Positions 59,678 to 64,000 of a stretch of 64,000 nt of DNA are shown here, piece after piece. Position 1 is the stretch's first letter; the number at the start of each line of letters is the position of its first letter. This stretch comes from Squalus acanthias (Eukaryota). The translations under genes were made by a program, and so were the position numbers. Where the stretch lies: NCBI GenBank assembly GCA_030390025.1, contig JASTWF010000324.1:434001-498000 (forward strand), in the 5' to 3' direction. The notes under the pieces were generated by a model. That model made no database searches, was not told the origin of the DNA, and saw only the letters and a program-made list of their open reading frames with translations.

Positions 59678-60052
59678 TGAAACATAGGAACAGGAGGAGG
59701 CCACTCAGCCCCTCGAGCCTGTTCTGCCATTCAATGAGATCAGGGCTGATCTGTGTCTCAACTCCATCTACCCACCTTGGTTCTGTAACCCTTAATACCC
59801 TTACCCAACAAAAATCCATCAATCTCAGTTTTGACATTTTCGATTGACCCCCAGCCTCAACAGCTTTTTGGGGGGGAGAGTTCCAGATTTCCACCACCCT
59901 TTGTGTGAAGAAGTGCTTCCTGACATCACCCCTGAACGGCCTGGCTCTAATTTGAAGGTTCTGCCCCCTTGCTCTGGACTCCCCCCACCAGAGGAAATAG
60001 TTTCTCTCTGTATCTACATTATCAAATACTTTCATCATCTTAAACACCTCGA
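59678..60052 (-). mobile_element. CR1 3' fragment
   Basis: IEVFKMMK..FFTQRVVEIWNS. Confidence 0.8.
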
Positions 60053-60154
60053 TTGGAGCGCCCCTGAATCTCCCACACTCAGGAGATTCCAAGCCGAGTC
60101 TGTGCAGCCATCGTGTCGCTGGGTTAGAGAGGGGGAAATCAGACAGGGTTGCCA

Positions 60155-60230
60155 CAAGTCTCTGGGGTGGGACTTGAACCCAAGACCTTCTGACTCCGAG
60201 GTGAGAAAGTGCTGCCCACTGAGCCAGGGC
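60155..60230 (-). mobile_element. SINE tRNA-like head fragment
   Basis: Reverse complement of TGGCTCAGTGGGCAGCAC..GGTTCAAGTCCCAC. Confidence 0.65.
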
Positions 60231-60850
60231 TGAGAAAGAAACATGTTGTGAGGAAACTAAAAGCAGGCAAAAAAAAGTGACACAACAGAAAGATGCAAAC
60301 AAAATGCTTGGATAATGAGCTAACAAGCGAGCTGCTCTTTAATTGTCTAAGCAGCATGGCTGCTTTATGATCTGATCTGATTCGGCATTATACGTACAGT
60401 GTCTCATAATCTCTCTTGCGTTACATGATGGAGTTGTTAGTCCTGTTAGTTTAAAGAGTGTTTGAATTCTATTAGAATATTAAATTAGCCAGCACAGTCC
60501 TCCAGCGAAGCGTCTGTTCTCTGTGCAGTTTGTCTGTGTGATAGATCAGCTGTCAGTCTCCCACTAATTTATCCATGTTTAAGAGATTAAAAAAATTCTG
60601 TTATATTGTCCTTGAAAATTGACTCAGCTCCCAACGGATTATTTTCACTTCCCTCTGTCTGTCTGTTGCTGTGTTTTCTCTGTCTGCTAAAGATTGTGTC
60701 CGTCTCTCGTTCTCAGGCTGTGTGAGCACTTCCTCAATTCAACACTCTCACCAATCATTCTCACACTTTCTTCCGCCTCCTGTTCTCTGCTGAATCCACT
60801 CATTTTTAGTTTTATCCTTTCGGTCGCTCGCTGATTTCCATCAATTTCTC

Positions 60851-63800
60851 CTTTCTCTCAGTCTCTGATTCTCTCTCAGTCTCTGATTCTCTCTCAGTCT
60901 CTGATTCTCTCTCAGTCTCTCTGATTCTCTCTCAGTCTCTGATTCTCTCTCAGTCTCTGATTCTCTCTCAGTCTCTCTGATTCTCTCTCAGTCTCTGATT
61001 CTCTCTCAGTCTCTGATTCTCTCTCAGTCTCTCTGATTCTCTCAGTCTCTCTGATTCTCTCTCAGTCTCTCTGATTCTCTCTCAGTCTCTGATTCTCTCT
61101 CAGTCTCTGATTCTCTCTCAGTCTCTCTGATTCTCTCTCAGTCTCTCTGATTCTCTCTCAGTCTCTGATTCTCTCTCAGTCTCTCTGATTCTCTCTCAGT
61201 CTCTGATTCTCTCTCCGTCTCTCTGATTCTCTCTCAGTCTCTCTGATTCTCTCTCAGTCTCTGATTCTCTCTCAGTCTCTCTGATTCTCTCAGTCTCTCT
61301 GATTCTCTCTCAGTCTCTGATTCTCTCTCAGTCTCTCTGATTCTCTCTCAGTCTCTCTGATTCTCTCTCAGTCTCGGATTCTCTCTCAGTCTCTGATTCT
61401 CTCTCAGTCTCTGATTCTCTCTCAGTCTCTGATTCTCTCTCAGTCTCTCTGATTCTCTCAGTCTCTCTGATTCTCTCTCAGTCTCTGATTCTCTCTCAGT
61501 CTCTCTGATTCTCTCTCAGTCTCTCTGATTCTCTCTCAGTCTCTCTGATTCTCTCACAGTCTCTCTGATTCTCTCTCAGTCTCTCTGATTCTCTCTCAGT
61601 CTCTCTGATTCTCTCTCAGTCTCTGATTCTCTCTCAGTCTCTCTGATTCTCTCTCAGTCTCTCTGATTCTCTCTCAGTCTCTGATTCTCTCTCAGTCTCT
61701 GATTCTCTCTCAGTCTCTCTGATTCTCTCTCAGTCTCTGATTCTCTCTCAGTCTCTGATTCTCTCTCAGTCTCTCTGATTCTCTCTCAGTCTCTCTGATT
61801 CTCTCTCAGTCTCTCTGATTCTCTCTCAGTCTCTCTGATTCTCTCTCAGTCTCTCTGATTCTCTCTGATTCTCTCTCAGTCTCTCCGTCTCTCTGATTCT
61901 CTCTCAGTCTCTGATTCTCTCTCAGTCTCTGATTCTCTCTCAGTCTCTCATTCTCTCTCAGTCTCTCTGATTCTCTCTCAGTCTCTGATTCTCTCTCAGT
62001 CTCTGATTCTCTCTCAGTCTCTCTGATTCTCTCTCAGTCTCTGATTCTCTCTCCGTCTCTCTGATTCTCTCTCAGTCTCTCTGATTCTCTCTCAGTCTCT
62101 GATTCTCTCTCAGTCTCTGATTCTCTCTCAGTCTCTGATTCTCTCTCAGTCTCTCTGATTCTCTCTCAGTCTCTGATTCTCTCTCAGTCTCTGATTCTCT
62201 CTCAGTCTCTCTGATTCTCTCTCAGTCTCTCTGATTCTCTCTCAGTCTCTCTGATTCTCTCTCAGTCTCTCTGATTCTCTCTCAGTCTCTCTGATTCTCT
62301 CTCAGTCTCTCTGATTCTCTCTCAGTCTCTCTGATTCTCTCTGATTCTCTCTCAGTCTCTCCGTCTCTCTGATTCTCTCTCAGTCTCTGATTCTCTCTCA
62401 GTCTCCGATTCTCTCTCGGTCTCTCATTCTCTCTCAGTCTCTCTGATTCTCTCTCAGTCTCTGATTCTCTCTCAGTCTCTGATTCTCTCTCAGTCTCTCT
62501 GATTCTCTCTCAGTCTCTGATTCTCTCTCCGTCTCTCTGATTCTCTCTGATTCTCTCTCAGTCTCTCCGTCTCTCTGATTCTCTCTGATTCTCTCATCAG
62601 TCTCTGATTCTCTCTCAGTCTCTGATTCTCTCTCAGTCTCTCTGATTCTCTCTCCGTCTCTCTGATTCTCTCTCAGTCTCTGATTCTCTCTCAGTCTCTC
62701 TGATTCTCTCTCAGTCTCTCTGATTCTCTCTCCGTCTCTCTGATTCTCTCTCAGTCTCTCTGATTCTCTCTCAGTCTCTCTGATTCTCTCTCAGTCTCTG
62801 ATTCTCTCTCAGTCTCTCTGATTCTCTCTCAGTCTCTCTGATTCTCTCTCAGTCTCTGATTCTCTCTCAGTCTCTGATTCTCTCTCAGTCTCTCTGATTC
62901 TCTCTCAGTCTCTGATTCTCTCTCAGTCTCTCTGATTCTCTCTCAGTCTCTCTGATTCTCTCTCAGTTTCAATTCTCTCTCAGTCTCTCTGATTCTCTCT
63001 CAGTCTCTGATTCTCTCTCAGTCTCTCTGATTCTCTCTCAGTCTCTCTGATTCTCTCTCAGTCTCTGATTCTCTCTCAGTCTCTCTGATTCTCTCTCAGT
63101 CTCTGATTCTCTCTCAGTCTCTCTGATTCTCTCTCAGTCTCTCTGATTCTCTCTCAGTCTCTCTGATTCTCTCTCAGTCTCTGATTCTCTCTCAGTCTCT
63201 GATTCTCTCTCAGTCTCTCTGATTCTCTCTCAGTCTCTCTGATTCTCTCTCAGTCTCTGATTCTCTCTCAGTCTCTCTGATTCTCTCTCAGTCTCTCTGA
63301 TTCTCTCTCAGTCTCTCAGATTCTCTCTCAGTCTCTCTGATTCTCTCTCAGTCTCTGAATCTCTCTCAGTCTCTCTGATTCTCTCTCAGTCTCTGATTCT
63401 CTCTCAGTCTCTCTGATTCTCTCTCAGTCTCTCTGATTCTCTCTCAGTCTCTCTCTGATTCTCTCTCAGTCTCTCTGATTCTCTCTCAGTCTCTCTGACT
63501 CTCTCTCAGTCTCTCTGATTCTCTCTCAGTCTCTGATTCTCTCTAAGTCTCTCTGATTCTCTCTCAGTCTCTCTGATTCTCTCTCAGTCTCTCTGATTCT
63601 CTCTCAGTCTCTGATTCTCTCTCAGTCTCTCTGATTCTCTCTCAGTCTCTCTCTGATTCTCTCTCAGTCTCTCTGATTCTCTCTCAGTCTCTCTGACTCT
63701 CTCTCAGTCTCTCTGATTCTCTCTCAGTCTCTGATTCTCTCTAAGTCTCTCTGATTCTCTCTCAGTCTCTCTGATTCTCTCTCAGTCTCTCTGATTCTCT

Positions 63801-64000
63801 CTCAGTCTCTGATTCTCTCTCAGTCTCTCTGATTCTCTCTCAGTCTCTCTGATTCTCTCTCAGTCTCTCTGATTCTCTCTCAGTCTCTCTGATTCTCTCT
63901 CAGTCTCTCTGATTCTCTCTCAGTCTCTCTGATTCTCTCTCAGTCTCTCTGATTCTCTCTCAGTCTCTCTGATTCTCTCTCAGTCTCTGATTTTCTCTCA
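60851..64000 (+). repeat. 18/20-bp CT-rich minisatellite running off the window
   Basis: TTCTCTCTCAGTCTCT(CT)GA. Confidence 0.96.

Overview
Repeat-rich eukaryotic genomic DNA. The SINE, LINE and satellite content suggests a cartilaginous fish (inference). No host gene is securely identifiable. The main feature is a pair of related endogenous retrovirus-like proviruses lying tail-to-tail inside one 67-bp satellite array. Provirus 1 (4084-16806, +) appears intact and young: near-identical ~1.66-kb LTRs, 4-bp TSD, tRNA-Arg PBS, gag, in-frame UGA-CUAG readthrough pol (PR-RT-tether-RNase H-IN plus a ~290-aa tail), and a 783-aa env with an N-terminal Ig-V-like motif, furin site and TM helix. Its architecture best fits a lokiretrovirus-like lineage (inference, needs phylogeny). 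Provirus 2 (16851-23394, -) has an open gag, a pol replaced in frame by a duplicated Gag-like coiled coil, and a TM-less truncated env. In both, the gag start codon overlaps the PBS, so the first Gag residues are encoded by the tRNA-complementary sequence. The rest is CR1/L2 LINEs, Deu-domain SINEs, PIF/Harbinger-like MITEs, minisatellites and microsatellites.
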